A stretch of DNA of 41,368 nucleotides, taken from contig JAWQFM010000004.1 in the NCBI GenBank assembly GCA_033442325.1, positions 67,629 to 108,996 of the forward strand, read 5' to 3'. The position numbers and the translations under genes were made by a program. This DNA is from Salpingoeca rosetta (Eukaryota; Protista; Choanoflagellata). Shown one piece after another: positions 21,781 to 40,502 of this stretch. The notes beneath the pieces are model-generated. The model was given only the letters and a program-made list of their open reading frames with translations, searched no databases and had not been told where the DNA came from. Numbering within the stretch: position 1 is the stretch's first letter; each line of letters opens with the position of its first letter.

Positions 21781-22348
21781 CACACACACACACACACCTT
21801 CTGGCGGGGAGAAGAACAGGTGGCGTCGGCTGAAGAATTCGTGCGGCTGTCGGTGGGGACGGACAGACTGACACATGTGCACGGATGATGGCCACGGACA
21901 CGGCGATGAACCCACGATGACACGACAACACACGCAAGCACAACAATGCAGCAATGCGTGACATGGAAGGGAAGAGTGAGCAACAACGACGACGACGATG
22001 ACGATGATGATCAGTGGAGGTGGCGAATGTTGTGAACGCACCATTTCCCACGCCATGGCATCATGACAACATCAGACGCGTGGCAACAACCACCACAGCA
22101 ACACGTGCATACCCGCTGGTTGGCGAATGTCCTGCGCTGACCACCGGCCTGAACGGATGCGGCGACGCGATCCTCAACCGATCCGCGATTCTGCACACAC
22201 ACACATACACACACATGTGAGATACACGTGAGATACACAGACGCGCAACCGCGCACACACACGCAGGGCACATGAGAACATGTACGTGTTGAGTCTTTGA
22301 TACGCTCGCCAGCACACACACACACGCGCGCGCACACACACACACGCG

Positions 22349-22416
<68 letters not shown>

Positions 22417-24576
22417 AACGGAGGAACGAAGGAGCGCCGCATGCATTTGTTGTTTCGTATTGTTACATTACCTCGGAGAAGAGAATGGTGATTGCGTTCT
22501 TGAGCAGAAGTTGATCGTCCATGCTTGGCACAAGAATGGAGAGCTGAACATGTTCACAACACGCCATGGGTGAGGGCAAAGGTGGGGGGACGCAGGTTCA
22601 GAATCGAGACGAACGGTAGCAGTGATGTACACGCGAACAAACACACAGACACGCACGTTCACACGGCGACGAGCACTCATGCACACACGTCCATCTACAC
22701 ACGCGTATGACGGAAAACTCAACACGAGCAGCACTACATGCTGACCTGCTTTGCGTTGAGAATGGCAATATGGCGACCAGTGATGCTGTGCTGGCGGAAC
22801 ACTCCTGCACACACGCACACAGAGCAGGCGCCTTGTAAGGAATAGAGAATACACACACAGGTGTATACATCCTCACACACACACACAAACAAAAACACAC
22901 ACACACACACGAACAACCACACAAACACACACACACACATACATACATACACACACACACACAAACACACACCATCACACACCATCACACACCATCACAC
23001 ACACACAACTATACCCCCACCGCCACCACCCCTTCTGGTCCGAGAGCAGCGTACCTGCGTAGCGCTGCAGGTTGAGCATGCTGAGCCACTGCACGACCTG
23101 GTCTGGGCCCCATCGCTCTGGCGGTATCGCCTGCCCGTTCACCTCAATCCGGCCCACAGGTGCTGTGGGCAGCGCAGGGAGGGCGCCAGACCCGCGGGAC
23201 CCACGCCGTCCACGGCCACGGCGGCGACCCGAGCGGTTGGCTGATCGTGCTGGGGGCGGTGTTGGTGTTGCCATCGGGAACAGCGCTGGCGGCGTGATGG
23301 TCGCCACCTTGAACTCGTTGCTGATCGCCGGCGCAGACTGGGACAATCGGAGGAGAGGCGGGCGGGTTGGAGGTGTGGTGAGGGGGCAGAGAGCGGGGTT
23401 GTTTTGACGAGGTGTAAAGCGACGTGTAGAGGTGTGAAGGGTTGACGTGAGGATCATTGGAGGTGACATGACAAACTCGTCCTGTGGGTGAACGTGCATG
23501 TCAACACTACAGAACCAATTGCAACGCACATCAAAGTGACTCACAAGTTTGCAGTTGAGACCCGGGTCCTTCTGCCGCATGAACGTGTCGACGACGTGGT
23601 TGAGACTGCCGTCATATCCGAGCGATTCTGATCACACACATACACATTCACACACGCGCGCACACGCACAGCAGGGATGAGTGGGCAGTTACAACGGGAG
23701 ATGATCACCATAACAAAGAAGCACAGACAAGGGCACGCCACCACAACACAACACAATACGACACAACACAACACAACACAATACGACAACAGCGCAACAA
23801 ACATTACACAACACAACACGACACAACACAACACAACACAGCACGACATACAAAACGCAACATAACACGACAAAACCGCAACACAACACGACACCAACAC
23901 AACACAACGCGACACGACACAGCACCAACACACAACCTGCCACACTCACTTTTGTCGAGGAGCCAGGGCTGACCCTTGTTCTTCTCCAAGATGTGATGGC
24001 TAAAGTTCCCCTCAAATGAATACGAGAGAGCAATCTGAACTTTGTCTGTCGTCACCGTCTTCTCGCGCAGCAGGAACATGCCGTCGAACATGCCCTGGCG
24101 CGACAACAGATCTTCCGCAACCTCGCGCGAGATGGGGCCGTACAGCCTGAGGCAGTGGTGTTGGCGGTGGTGTTGGCGGTGAAGGGTCAACGAGCGAGCG
24201 ATGGACAGCGACACGCACACACATGCGTCAGGAGCAGTCAAGGTCATTATGTTCACACAGACGCGAACATAAACAAAGCACAAACGGATGATACAGAAAC
24301 GACACAAGAACCAACAAACACACACACACACACACAAAATCACATGCAGACAAATCACACACACACACACACACACACCATGCATCTCACCACTGGGGCA
24401 TGGGCTGGCGCGTGTCGAGGTATTCGCTTGCGTCAAGTCGCTCCTCTTCGTTCTCCGGCGAATCCTCCGCCGCCGTGAACGTGAACACCGTCCGTCCTGC
24501 TCGCTCCTCCCGCAATCGCTCAAACTCTTCCTCCTCCTTCGCTCGCTCGTCCACGGGCGCAGGCGCGGGCTTCTGT

Positions 24577-24623
<47 letters not shown>

Positions 24624-25839
24624 CATGGAGTCATATGCGTGAATGTGTGCGTCAGTGTATGCATGTACAATATGTTATCGACAAGGATAAAGGTGTTCTG
24701 TGACCGACCCCTGCCCTCCCATCACCACCACACCATCATCACCACCAGCTGGCGTTACCTTCTTCTGCTTTGGCAGTCGCTTCACAGCGGGATCGACACC
24801 GTCAACGGCAACTTCGTCAATGTCTCCGAGTCGAAGCGCATGCGTGCACTCCAACACCGTGTCAATGAACTCTTCCTCGCCACGTTTGCGCTCAACACCA
24901 CCACCACCACCACCACCATCACCACCACCATCACCATCACGCTGCTGCTGTTCGCCTTCACTCCCCGCCTCCACTGCGTCCTCCGGCGTGTGCGGGTCGG
25001 GTTGTGCTGCTGACGAATTGGCAGAGGTGCGTGGCGGCGGCGGCGGTGGCGGTGCAACCACATCTGCCTCTGGTGCTGATGGTGCTGACGCTGATGACGT
25101 GTCTTCTTCACTCGTGCTTGCGTTCGCGTCTGCATCATTGACAGCGGTTGGGGCGTCTGTGTCAGTCGCAGCTGCATTTGCATCGTCATTGTTGTTGTCG
25201 CTGTTGTTTTCGGTGCTGGCGTTGTCGTCGTTGTTGCTCGCCGCACCACCAGCGGCATCTGCGTCGGCGTGCGTGTCCTCGTGTGCGCGTCCATCCGATG
25301 TGCGGCCAAATCCGTGCTGCTGGTAGTGGTCAACGAGTTCTGCAAGCGACCCAAAGTCCTCCTCAAAGCCAAAGATCTGATATCCGCCCTGGTCGCATCA
25401 AACACGGCACGTTGCGCAGTGGTGCGAGTGAGCATTGAACAAGTGGTGTCACGATGAGTGCAAGACAGGACAGTGCATTTAAAGTGAAAGCGCTGAAAAC
25501 GCTCACTCAAAGAGGTCTTCGTTTCACACACCCACACACACACACACACGCACGCACACACACACACGCACACACACACACACGCGCACACAGACAAATA
25601 CGCTTCTGCATTACCTCCTCCGACTTGTGGATTTTGTAGTGGCGGAATCGGCGCTGTGTCGTGAACGAGAGCACATACCCCGTCGTCCGCTCGTTCACGC
25701 GCACGAGGAACGTGCCCGGCTGTGTTCCGTCGAGCAGTTCCTCGGCCTGGGAGCGGTCGAGCAGTCCGTGGAACCAGGGGAAGATGCGCCCATCCTCGTC
25801 GCAGTGAAACCCTGGGCACACACGCACACACATGCAAGC

Positions 25840-25915
<76 letters not shown>

Positions 25916-26632
25916 CGCGCGCGCGATTGGGTTTGTTTGACATGTGAGGACAACGCGTGTGTGGTCAAGCGAGATCTTATGCACATTTTTTTTTTTGTTT
26001 TGGGAATGGCACGCAGCGGAACAGCGAATATGACGCACCTCCAACGCGCTCGTACTTGAGCCACCACTTCTCAACCTCCTTCCGCGCCTTTGAGAGATTC
26101 TTGAAGTGATTGCGCATAAACTGCCGCCCGTCAGGGCGCGGCTGCAGCGATGATGGTAACGTGATGGTTGTGATGATGGATGGCGATGGTGGTGTTGGAT
26201 GTAAGCAGGGGTATGATGAAGACGTTGGAGTTCATAGACATGGAACACACGACATATTGAACGCAAAACCCACACCACATACACCCACGCGCACACATAA
26301 CATCACACGCCCCCACGCCCCCACGCCCATGCGCACGCATCAAACACCCCATGGCACCACGTGCACCGACCGTTGGGCGATCGAGGCCGCCTGGCCACGA
26401 CTCGTCCTCGTCGATGAGCGACTGCTGCGTGTTGAAGAGACGCCCACTCTTGGAGGAAATCTCCTGCAACAGACCCGTGCCAAGCATTTGGTAGTGCTCC
26501 CGTTGCCGCTGCACTCGCGAAAATTGGTTGGTTGGTTGGTTTGTGTGTGTGGGGGGGGGGGGTGGTTGTCAGGTGCACGTGAGTGTGAGGCAGCATGAAA
26601 AACATGAATGTGTGCAGTCGCAGCGTGCATGC

Positions 26633-26663
<31 letters not shown>

Positions 26664-26716
26664 AACACACACACACACACACACACACAAACACGCAAAC
26701 ACATGCGCGCACATAT

Positions 26717-26770
<54 letters not shown>

Positions 26771-27723
26771 TACACAATACACACACCTGGAGCCTGTCCT
26801 TTGTCCTCCGCCCGAGAAATCCGCGGACGATGGCCTGCAGGTTGAGCGCAGCCGTCTCCACACGCGACACCATAAACGATAGTGCGTCCACGTGCCACCA
26901 CTTGAGAAAAACTTTTGTGCGCCCGATCCGCCACCCATCCAGCGCTGGCTTGCGACCCTGTGGTGGTGATGATGGTGATGGGGGTGTTGGTGATGAGTGC
27001 GTAACAACGTATATTGCTTTACATCCTCAGGAACGTGTCCACGCAACGCATGATCCAACGCACGTGCACACACGCACACACGCACATATCGCACAGCGGA
27101 ACCCAGAGCAGCAGCAGCAACGTATGGAAGCCGAGTGCACAGCAACTGACCGCAATTGGAGTGTCGCCTAGCATGCGCTGTGCGGTTGTGAGCACTTCCT
27201 CGCAGCGCACCCCCGTCGCAATCACGCGCGCAGACGACCGACCCAGGATTGGCGTGTAGTACCTGAGGAGAGGTAGCGGTGGTGGTGGCGGGGAAAGGTG
27301 GTGGTGGTGTGGAGGTGGTGAAGAGGTGGTGACGGAGGAGGGGGAAGCAGGTATCGAGACAGGACGAATAAAGCGACGAGCAAGTACACACGCAAGTACA
27401 CGCGCAAGTACACACGCAAGTACACACTCACGAGCTCAAGTGCACAAACATAAAACAAACACACACGACCATGCACGAGTACGTGCGGACCTGTCGAGAA
27501 AGTCGCGGAAGAGGAGGCGATGGGCAAATCCGTCCTTGCGAATGCGCGTTGTCTCAAACACGCCCGTGTACTCGAGCTGCTTCTTCACAAACATCACGTC
27601 TGCAGCCAGGGAGGGAGGAAGGTGTTATGGGAGGAGATTGAGGGAAGTGAGCACGCGACATGCAAGCAGACATCACGCTCGCACGCACGTCATACACACA
27701 CACATAACAGCCACACATAACAG

Positions 27724-27771
<48 letters not shown>

Positions 27772-29495
27772 CAGCCACACATAACAGTCACACGTACACA
27801 GCCATACACACAGCCATACACACACAAATAATACACATAACAGCACTACAGCGTGTGGGACTGACCAAACTCGACGGGTCTGTTTGCTGTGTTTGGTTTG
27901 ATGCAGCGCACGAATGTTGGCGCACACACGGACATGCGCTCAATCAGTTCATCCAACGACGCCCGGAACTGCCCACTCACCGTCCAGCCCTGTGAGACAT
28001 GTGCACATGCACACACACACATGCACACACATGCACACGGATGTAGGAGCAGTGAGTGGGACGAAACGCATATGCACGCACATATGCACACAAGTATGCA
28101 CACATGGACACGCACATGCACACACACACACTTGCACACACGTACACGCACATGCACACTACACACATGCATACGCGCGAGCACTCACGGCGTCGCGCTG
28201 CTTCCAACGACGGTCGTGATGGTGGTGGTGATGCGAAGACCGATTACGCATGCGGCTGTTGGTGATCGTAATCGTGGTGGTGGTGTTGGATAATGGTGAT
28301 GGATGACGATGGCAGGTAGGCGCGCACGTGCTGGTGTAAGCAGAGATGAAATGAATGGACACAGCTCACTGGTTTGCACAGCAACAGCCAGGCACAAGCC
28401 TGCACGCACCCTTACAATACACCACCACCACCACCACGACGACCGGCAACAACGACAGCAGCAGCAACTAACTCAAGGACATCTGTTGAGAATCTGCGAA
28501 CGGCAGAGCGTCCGGCCATTCGACGCGACGATGATGACGACGACGACGATGGTGACGACCCAGCACCACGCAGGACAACAGCAGCAAACACTTCCGCAAC
28601 AAAGGGGTCGCTGGAGCCTTTGAGCAGCCGGGTCAGCTGTACGTTGCGTGGATGGACGTGCGGTGAGGTGAGGTGAGGAACGTGGAGAGGAGAGATGAAA
28701 TGAAAGAAACCTTCATGGCACCACGCACACACACGCACGCACAGATACATGTGCATAACCACACGCGCTCACACACAAATACACGCGCACACACACACTC
28801 ACACACGCACGCACACACGCATGCACACACCTCCACAGGAAGTGCGTCTCTGTTCTTGTCGAGGAATTCGGCTGCGGTGTATGTGACGTGACCGGCAAAG
28901 TGCTTGATGCGAAACTGGTCTGCAGCGTTGCATGGGGAATACGCGGGCTGCTCTTTCAACGCAGCGCTCAGCTTCCGCACCAGCGTCACGTCCGTGCCTG
29001 GTGGTGGTGGTGGTGCCGGTGGTGGCAGGGGAGGGAGTTGTGGTGGTCAGGAAGGCAGGGGGGTTGTGGTGAATTTCATCACCTGCAATCAGATGTCGTC
29101 ATGAAGAATCGAGATGCATGACGGGCGAGGGGGTAACGCCGTAACACCGTACACCCGAGCACACGCGCACCTGCGCACGACACACCACACGAACACCACC
29201 ACCACATGCAACCATGAACGAATACATCCATGAAAGCGCAGCGTCGTTGTCTCACTGTTCTGGAAGCGTGACTCTTCATCCAGAAGAGAGAAGACGTTCA
29301 TGGACTTGTGGTAGAACAGCTCCAAAGTGTCAAAGTTGTTGGTGAATGTCATGCCCTCGACCTCCACTTCCTCCTTCTCGTAGTCGTTCAACTCCATCTG
29401 AAACACATTCTGTCATCAAAGATGGGCAAAGGACGTGTGTGTGTGTATGTGTGTGTGTGTGTTCGTTTGTGTTTGATTGTGTTTGTTTGTTTGTG

Positions 29496-29526
<31 letters not shown>

Positions 29527-30520
29527 TAGTTTGTGTGTGTGTGTGTGTGAGTTTGTGTGTATGTGAGAGAGAGAGAGAGCACAGCGTGTAGGAGTGTGTG
29601 AGTGTGTCTGCGAATGTGCGCAAGTTTGGGTTTGTGATCGTGCAAGCGAGGGGGCATGGCATGACTGCATCTCAATCATGTGCGTGCGTGCGTGTGGTCT
29701 CACGAGATTGAAGAAGAACTGCAGGCGCTCGTTTGCAACATTGATGCACATCTGCTCAAACCTGACGAAGGACACATGCAACACGCACAGGACGAATGCA
29801 TGGCGTGATCAACACAGCAAAGCCGCAGGACAAGAAGCATGATAGATGAAAACGCACATGCACACACGAACACACACACACACATGAACACAATACACAT
29901 CACACAGTACGCAAACGCACACAAACACACCCATGCACACACGAACACAATACACAACACACACAAGCATACACAACACATAAACATACACAACACACAC
30001 AACAAACATACACAACACAAACACAACTCAAACAACCAAACAGCGCACCCGTTGGTCTTGAAGTTTTCGAAGCCAAAGATGTCGAGGATACCGATATGGA
30101 GCTCGTCGCCGTCGAGTGCGGCCGACGAGTGCAGCATCGTGTCCATGCGCGTGACCAGCCACTCAAACAGCGCATCGTACGCGCACTTTGCCAGCGCCTC
30201 CACCCCCTGATGGCTCTTGTAGACGGTGTTCGGCTTTGTGTAGCGTTCGCCGTGCACAAAGTACTGTGTCTCGACCATGTGCTGGCTCATCGCTGCCGCG
30301 TTGACACCAAGCAGCCCGGCAACCTTCTCCACCACCTGTGATGATGACGCAGAGTGGGGCGGGGGGATGTGATATGTATGAAGGTGGTGATGAGGGGACG
30401 AGGATACGGAGGGATGAAGGAATGAAGAAATGAAGACGAAGGGATGAAGGAGCTGGTGGTGGTGCTTACACAACGCACACACACAGCGAAACACACACAC
30501 ACACGCACGCACGCACGCAT

Positions 30521-30595
<75 letters not shown>

Positions 30596-31062
30596 GCGGG
30601 CGTGCACCTGTGGATCCTGCATCAACTGCCCCAACACACCGTGGGCAGGCGAATCCTGCATGTTCTACGAGAGGAAACGACACGAGGGCGTGAGAATGAG
30701 GAGTGTGAGAATGAGGAGGAGGGAGGAAGAGGAGGAAGAGGATGGGAAAGTACACGAAGTACACGACAATCGCGCATATTCGAGGCAGCAGACACACACA
30801 CACACACACACGACACATAAATCACACACAACACGACCCACGCACAATGACGCTGTGTACATGCCCTGAGCAGCGGGGCTCGTTGACGGCGGCCGCGGGT
30901 GTGCCATCACCTGCACAAACAAACGCACGCACATCTTCATCGGGCTNNNNNNNNNNNNNNNNNNNNNNNNNNNNNNNNNNNNNNNNNNNNNNNNNNNNNN
31001 NNNNNNNNNNNNNNNNNNNNNNNNNNNNNNNNNNNNNNNNNNNNNNACGACGACGACGACAC

Positions 31063-31151
<89 letters not shown>

Positions 31152-33078
31152 GTTGTGCGCGCGTACCTGCGTGTCTGCGACCTGGCTGACGTCTGGACTC
31201 GACTCGTCAAAGTCGATGCGTCCAAGTTCAAGAACAGCGAGCACGAGACGCATGATGGCTGGGATCTCATCACGTGCAAAGCCAACCGTCTCCAGCGCAT
31301 CCTGACAATGGGGGAATTGGAGGGGATGGTGGTGTTGGCGATGACGAGGAGAGCGGGCACTTCACCGCACGCACGCACACAACTACAACCCCAACAACAA
31401 TAGCAACAACGACTGCTACTACCACACACACACACACAGACACGCACACACACACACACGCACACACACACACACACAGCTACAAACCCAACAACAACAA
31501 CTATTACAACTATTGCAACGACTACACATGCACGACACGCGAGCGCACCATGACGTCTGGCCAGGGGACGATGGGTGACCACTCTGTGTCGGGCCAGCGG
31601 AGATAGGGGTACTCCTGCGGCGGCAGCACAGGCAGCTGCTCAAACCAGGGATCCTGGCCAGCGAGCACATGGTAGAAGATGTGGTAGCCGCGCTCGTCGG
31701 GTGTCTGCAGCGTGATGCGCGACTTCTCGAGCAGGTAGTGGCGAATGGTGGCGCCCTTCAGCTCCCCGCCCCGCCCAAACTGCAGAAGCATCAGAGAGGA
31801 AGGGTGTGGTGGTGGTGGTGGTGGTGGTGGTGGTGGTGGTGGTGGTGGCGGGTATGAGGGGCTCGAATGGGCATTGATGATGTATGATGGTACAGGTTGT
31901 GATGGGGTATGATGGTGGTAGTAGCGAAGACCATTGCGGTGGCTGTTGTGACAAATGCGAACACCCTCTTGCCACGTGGGTGGAAAGGAAGAGGCACAGG
32001 GGTGAGATGAGAGACTTGCACACGAACAACACATGACAGTGGACTCACGATGAGGTCAACGTATTTGCCAAACCGGCTGGAGTTGTTGTTCATCTTCGTC
32101 TCTGCGTTGCCAAACGTCTCCAGAATCACATTCGTCTGCGAAAACCCATTGAACGCGCTCGTATGAGGAGGGGACGGAGACGACCAGGAGAACACACACA
32201 CACACACACACATGCACACACACACGCACACTGCACATACACACACACTGCACATACACACACACAACACACGCACACACTGCACATACACAGACGCACG
32301 CACCTTCAAAATGCGATCGTGCAGTGGCTCGTCGGTGTCCCTGATGCTGTGGTGTTTGCACAAATGTGCAAGATGCCGCATGAACAGCTTGGACGTCTCG
32401 GTTTTGCCAGCGCCACTCTCGCCGCTGATGACACACACCTGCACCCCACGAGCGGTCGCAAGGGAACGCGTAAGCCGTAGTCATGGTCTTTCAAGTTCGC
32501 GCGAACACACACACACACATACACACTTACACACACACTTACACACACAAGCACACGCGCATTCACACAACGCACACGCGCATTCACACAACGCACATGC
32601 TACCCGTTGTGCACGACGACGACACACCTGCGACTTGTGGCTTTGACACATGGCGTTGTATACACGGTCTGCTGTGCGGAAGACGTGGGGCGGCAGCGCT
32701 GCAGCGGTTGAATTTGTGTACTTGTTTGCGTGCTCATCATCGTAAATGGGCAATGGCTTGAACGGGTTTACGGCAATGAGAATGTCGCCAATGCAAGTCT
32801 GCAGAAGCGAAGAGCGACAAGGCGTGAGTTGATGTGTGCATGTGTGTGTGCGCGCTCTCTCTGTGTACAACAAGCGCGAGTGCATGCGAGGTCATTTTGT
32901 GAGCCAGCCAGCGATACCACAAACAATGCCGCACGCAGGCAGTGAGGATACGTACGTAGATGCGGTCCTGAGCGAAGCGGTCCTGAAGCGTGTCCAGGAT
33001 CGTCTGCTCCGACAGCGTCGGCAGCTCCGTCAAGTCGTCCATGCCGTGCTGCTTCCCTTTCTCTCTCTGCAGGCGCAT
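19916..33078 (-). CDS. Unconventional myosin (class III/XVI/XXVIII-related head) with IQ-SH2-SH2-SAM-ankyrin tail; 3' end crosses an N gap
   Basis: [45 protein letters not shown]-loop [113 protein letters not shown] ([12 protein letters not shown]). The tail exons splice in frame through two SH2s, a SAM and ankyrin repeats down to 21283. The terminal exon 19916-19992 is assigned tentatively. Confidence 0.88.
20363..21144. other. Assembly gap (N run); further gaps at 30947-31046 and 38205-38304
   Basis: Runs of n, mostly abutting microsatellites. Confidence 0.99.
21145..21273. repeat. (CAT)n trinucleotide microsatellite, intronic
   Basis: Directly visible. Confidence 0.95.
21283..21626 (-). 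other. Ankyrin repeats in myosin tail
   Basis: [17 protein letters not shown] / [33 protein letters not shown]. Confidence 0.75.
22471..23130 (-). other. Myosin tail SAM domain
   Basis: [23 protein letters not shown] / [20 protein letters not shown] / [21 protein letters not shown] across three exons. Confidence 0.85.
23543..24392 (-). other. Myosin tail SH2 domain 2
   Basis: [30 protein letters not shown]...[18 protein letters not shown] / [27 protein letters not shown]. Confidence 0.88.
25305..25812 (-). other. Myosin tail SH2 domain 1
   Basis: [39 protein letters not shown]...FRHYKI / [26 protein letters not shown]. Confidence 0.93.
30590..30946 (-). repeat. Diverged second copy of the importin-5 pseudogene fragment (homologous to ~1048-1397) inside a myosin intron
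   Basis: The reverse complement aligns by eye with 1048-1397, including intron sequence (gctgcctcgaatatgcgcga...gtcgtttcctctcgtagaacatgcaggattcg), with scattered substitutions and indels. Confidence 0.92.
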
Positions 33079-33533
33079 TTGGGCACGAGAGGATAGCCAG
33101 CACCTCGGTGTGAGGAGAAGATCTTCTTGTCAAAATGAATGCAGCCAGAAGAGGCAGCCCAAACAAACAAACAGTCAAAGAACGGGGGGGGGGGGTGTGA
33201 TAAAGAGGGCACACACGTGGTAAAGGCACAACAACAACAAATGGTGAGGGAAGGATCCTCTCACCACTTGCTTTTGCTTGCTTTGTCGTTCTTCAAGCGC
33301 TTCTTCGTGCTCCCTTACCAGCACAGCCACGCCGTTGAATGAACGAAAACGCGTGTGTGGGCGTGGGCGGCGTGAGTTTGCGCTTGTGGTGGGCAAGCAA
33401 GCAAGCCCGTCGGCCAGTTGGGTTGCTAGCTCGCGAGCGCTGTTGTGGGGGTGTTGTCCTCTTTTGCGTTTTGTTGGTGGAATGCCAAGGGTGTAGTGTC
33501 CTTTTTATAGTGATTATGGTTATTTATAGGCCA

Positions 33534-37888
<4,355 letters not shown>

Positions 37889-38617
37889 TGTTACACCAAA
37901 CACACGCGCACGCACGGGTGCAGGTGATGCTGATGGCGATGTTGTTGCTCGTGCGTGTGTCTGTGTGTGTGTGCTCATGTGTGTGTGTGTGTGTGTCTGT
38001 GTCTGTGTGTATGTGTGTGTGCGTCTGTATGTCTGTGTGTGTGTGCCCGTGTATGTGTGTGTGTCTGTTCATCGGGTACACTGCTTCGCCATGGTTCTCC
38101 TTCACGAGTGTGCTGTTGATTTGGGGCGCAGTTGTAAGTTCATTAAACAACGTTAGGCCAGCCACTGCTGACAGGCAAGCAAGGCACGTGCACACACACA
38201 CACANNNNNNNNNNNNNNNNNNNNNNNNNNNNNNNNNNNNNNNNNNNNNNNNNNNNNNNNNNNNNNNNNNNNNNNNNNNNNNNNNNNNNNNNNNNNNNNN
38301 NNNNATTCCCCGTTGCGAACTGGTGGGGTGAGCGCTCCGGCGTGGAAGACTCGTCATATGGTTGTGTACCATGTGTATCATTTCCAGTGAACCGTCTAAC
38401 TGAGCAGCACAATCCTGCATACCGCTAGTTGCTTTTTGACACAGCTTATACTTACTCTCTCTGCTTGCAAAAATGATAAAAGTCAAATTGTCTCTTTTAC
38501 ATTCTTGGTCTTCGTCCATAAACGCACGTTTGACGGAGATACAGGATGTTGCGGTTCTTCGACAGACGACGGCGGCGACTCACGCGGTCTTTCACACACA
38601 CGCACACACACACACAC

Positions 38618-38704
<87 letters not shown>

Positions 38705-38732
38705 TCACATTACACGCGAGCACGTGGTGCCA

Positions 38733-38910
38733 TCAGTCGCGGTCCTTAACTTCGCGTTCCATCTCGGCTTCAACCGCTGCCCGCACAGCAGAGACCTGTA
38801 CACACACGCGCACGAAGAAACGAGGGGGGCATGGGGGAAGGGAAATATGAGGTCGACACACGCACGCACGCACGCACGCGTGTGCTTGAGCATGTGCATG
38901 TCTGTGTGTG

Positions 38911-38948
<38 letters not shown>

Positions 38949-40373
38949 CGTCTGTCTGTCTGTGTTTGCATGCAAATTTGCATGTGTGTGTGCGTGCACC
39001 TTTGCGTCGTGGTCTGCCTGCGCCTGCTGTGCGGCCTGCTTCGCCGCCGTCGCCCGTCGCATCTCCGCCTCCAACTCTGCCAGCGTCGACTCGCAGTTCG
39101 AGTGCCTGATGATGATGATCATCATAATCAATGATGGTGATGATGATGGTGGGTGCAAGGTGAGTGAATGTGTTCACAAGTGCGCTCAACATGCGTGTCT
39201 GTCTGTCTGAGTGTCTGTGTGTCTGTGTGTCTGTCTGTGTGTCTGTCTGTGTGTCTGTCTGTGTGTCTGTCTGTTTGTCTGTCTGTGTGTCTGTGTGTCT
39301 GTGTGTCTGTGTGCCTGTCTGTCTGTCTGTCTGTCTGTCTGCGTATGCATATATGTGGTTGCGCGCATCCGACACCCTCCCCTCCCCCCTCCCGGCACGG
39401 CCTCAGCGCGCGCACCAGGTCGACATGAGTCCGATCATCTTGTCGATATCGCCAGGAACAATATCGCGCCCAAACGTCCAGTCCGCAATCAACTGCAGCG
39501 CAGACGTGCACGTGTGTCGTGAGCTCTGTTCCACATCACATGGGTGTGGCTGTGCAATGACACTGGTCAAACACGCACACAACAACGCACATACTCATAC
39601 ACGGCATAACGCACAACCCACACACAAACACGCACAACCCACACACACACACACGCACAACCCACACACACAGAACACGCGCGCGCACCCTCTGGTTTGC
39701 TTGGTCCATCTTGCCGCCAATGAGTCCGCGGTAGATGGCGTCGATGATGAGGTCCTGTCGAGTCACAACATATGCCGTGAGCACGCAAGCATCCGTTTAA
39801 ACGTGTCAATATCCACCACACACACACACACACACTCACACTCACTCACACTCACTCACACACTCACACTCACTCACACTCACACACTCACACACACGCA
39901 CTCACACACACACACACACTCACTCACACACTCACACTCACACTCACACTCACTCACACACACATACACCCTGCATGCACACGCTGCTTATGTTGTGTGC
40001 ACACCTCAAGTTGTCTTGTGTCTGCCGTGTCCAACTGTTCTTGCATGACTTGATAAGGCACCCTCTGCGAAGCGCGATGAACAAGACCCAGTCAAGTCGA
40101 CAACAATGAGAATGAAGGTTAACTTTGAGCACTGTCAGTGGTTAGCCTCGTGTTCACCGTGCGACAGCCAACATACCTTGAGCTGTGTTGCGAGGGAGAC
40201 GATGGTGAGCAGCTTCAGCTTGCGTGCCTGCTTATCATTCAACTCCGGCAACTCTGCAGCGCGTGCTGCATCGACCAAGACCGTCAAGTTGGAGATGTGG
40301 GCGTGACAGCGAAGATATAGCCGTGACAGTGGGGGGGGGGATGTGAGGTGTACACATTCACACACATGTGCGT

Positions 40374-40415
<42 letters not shown>

Positions 40416-40426
40416 ACAGACACACA

Positions 40427-40460
<34 letters not shown>

Positions 40461-40466
40461 CACGCG

Positions 40467-40502
<36 letters not shown>

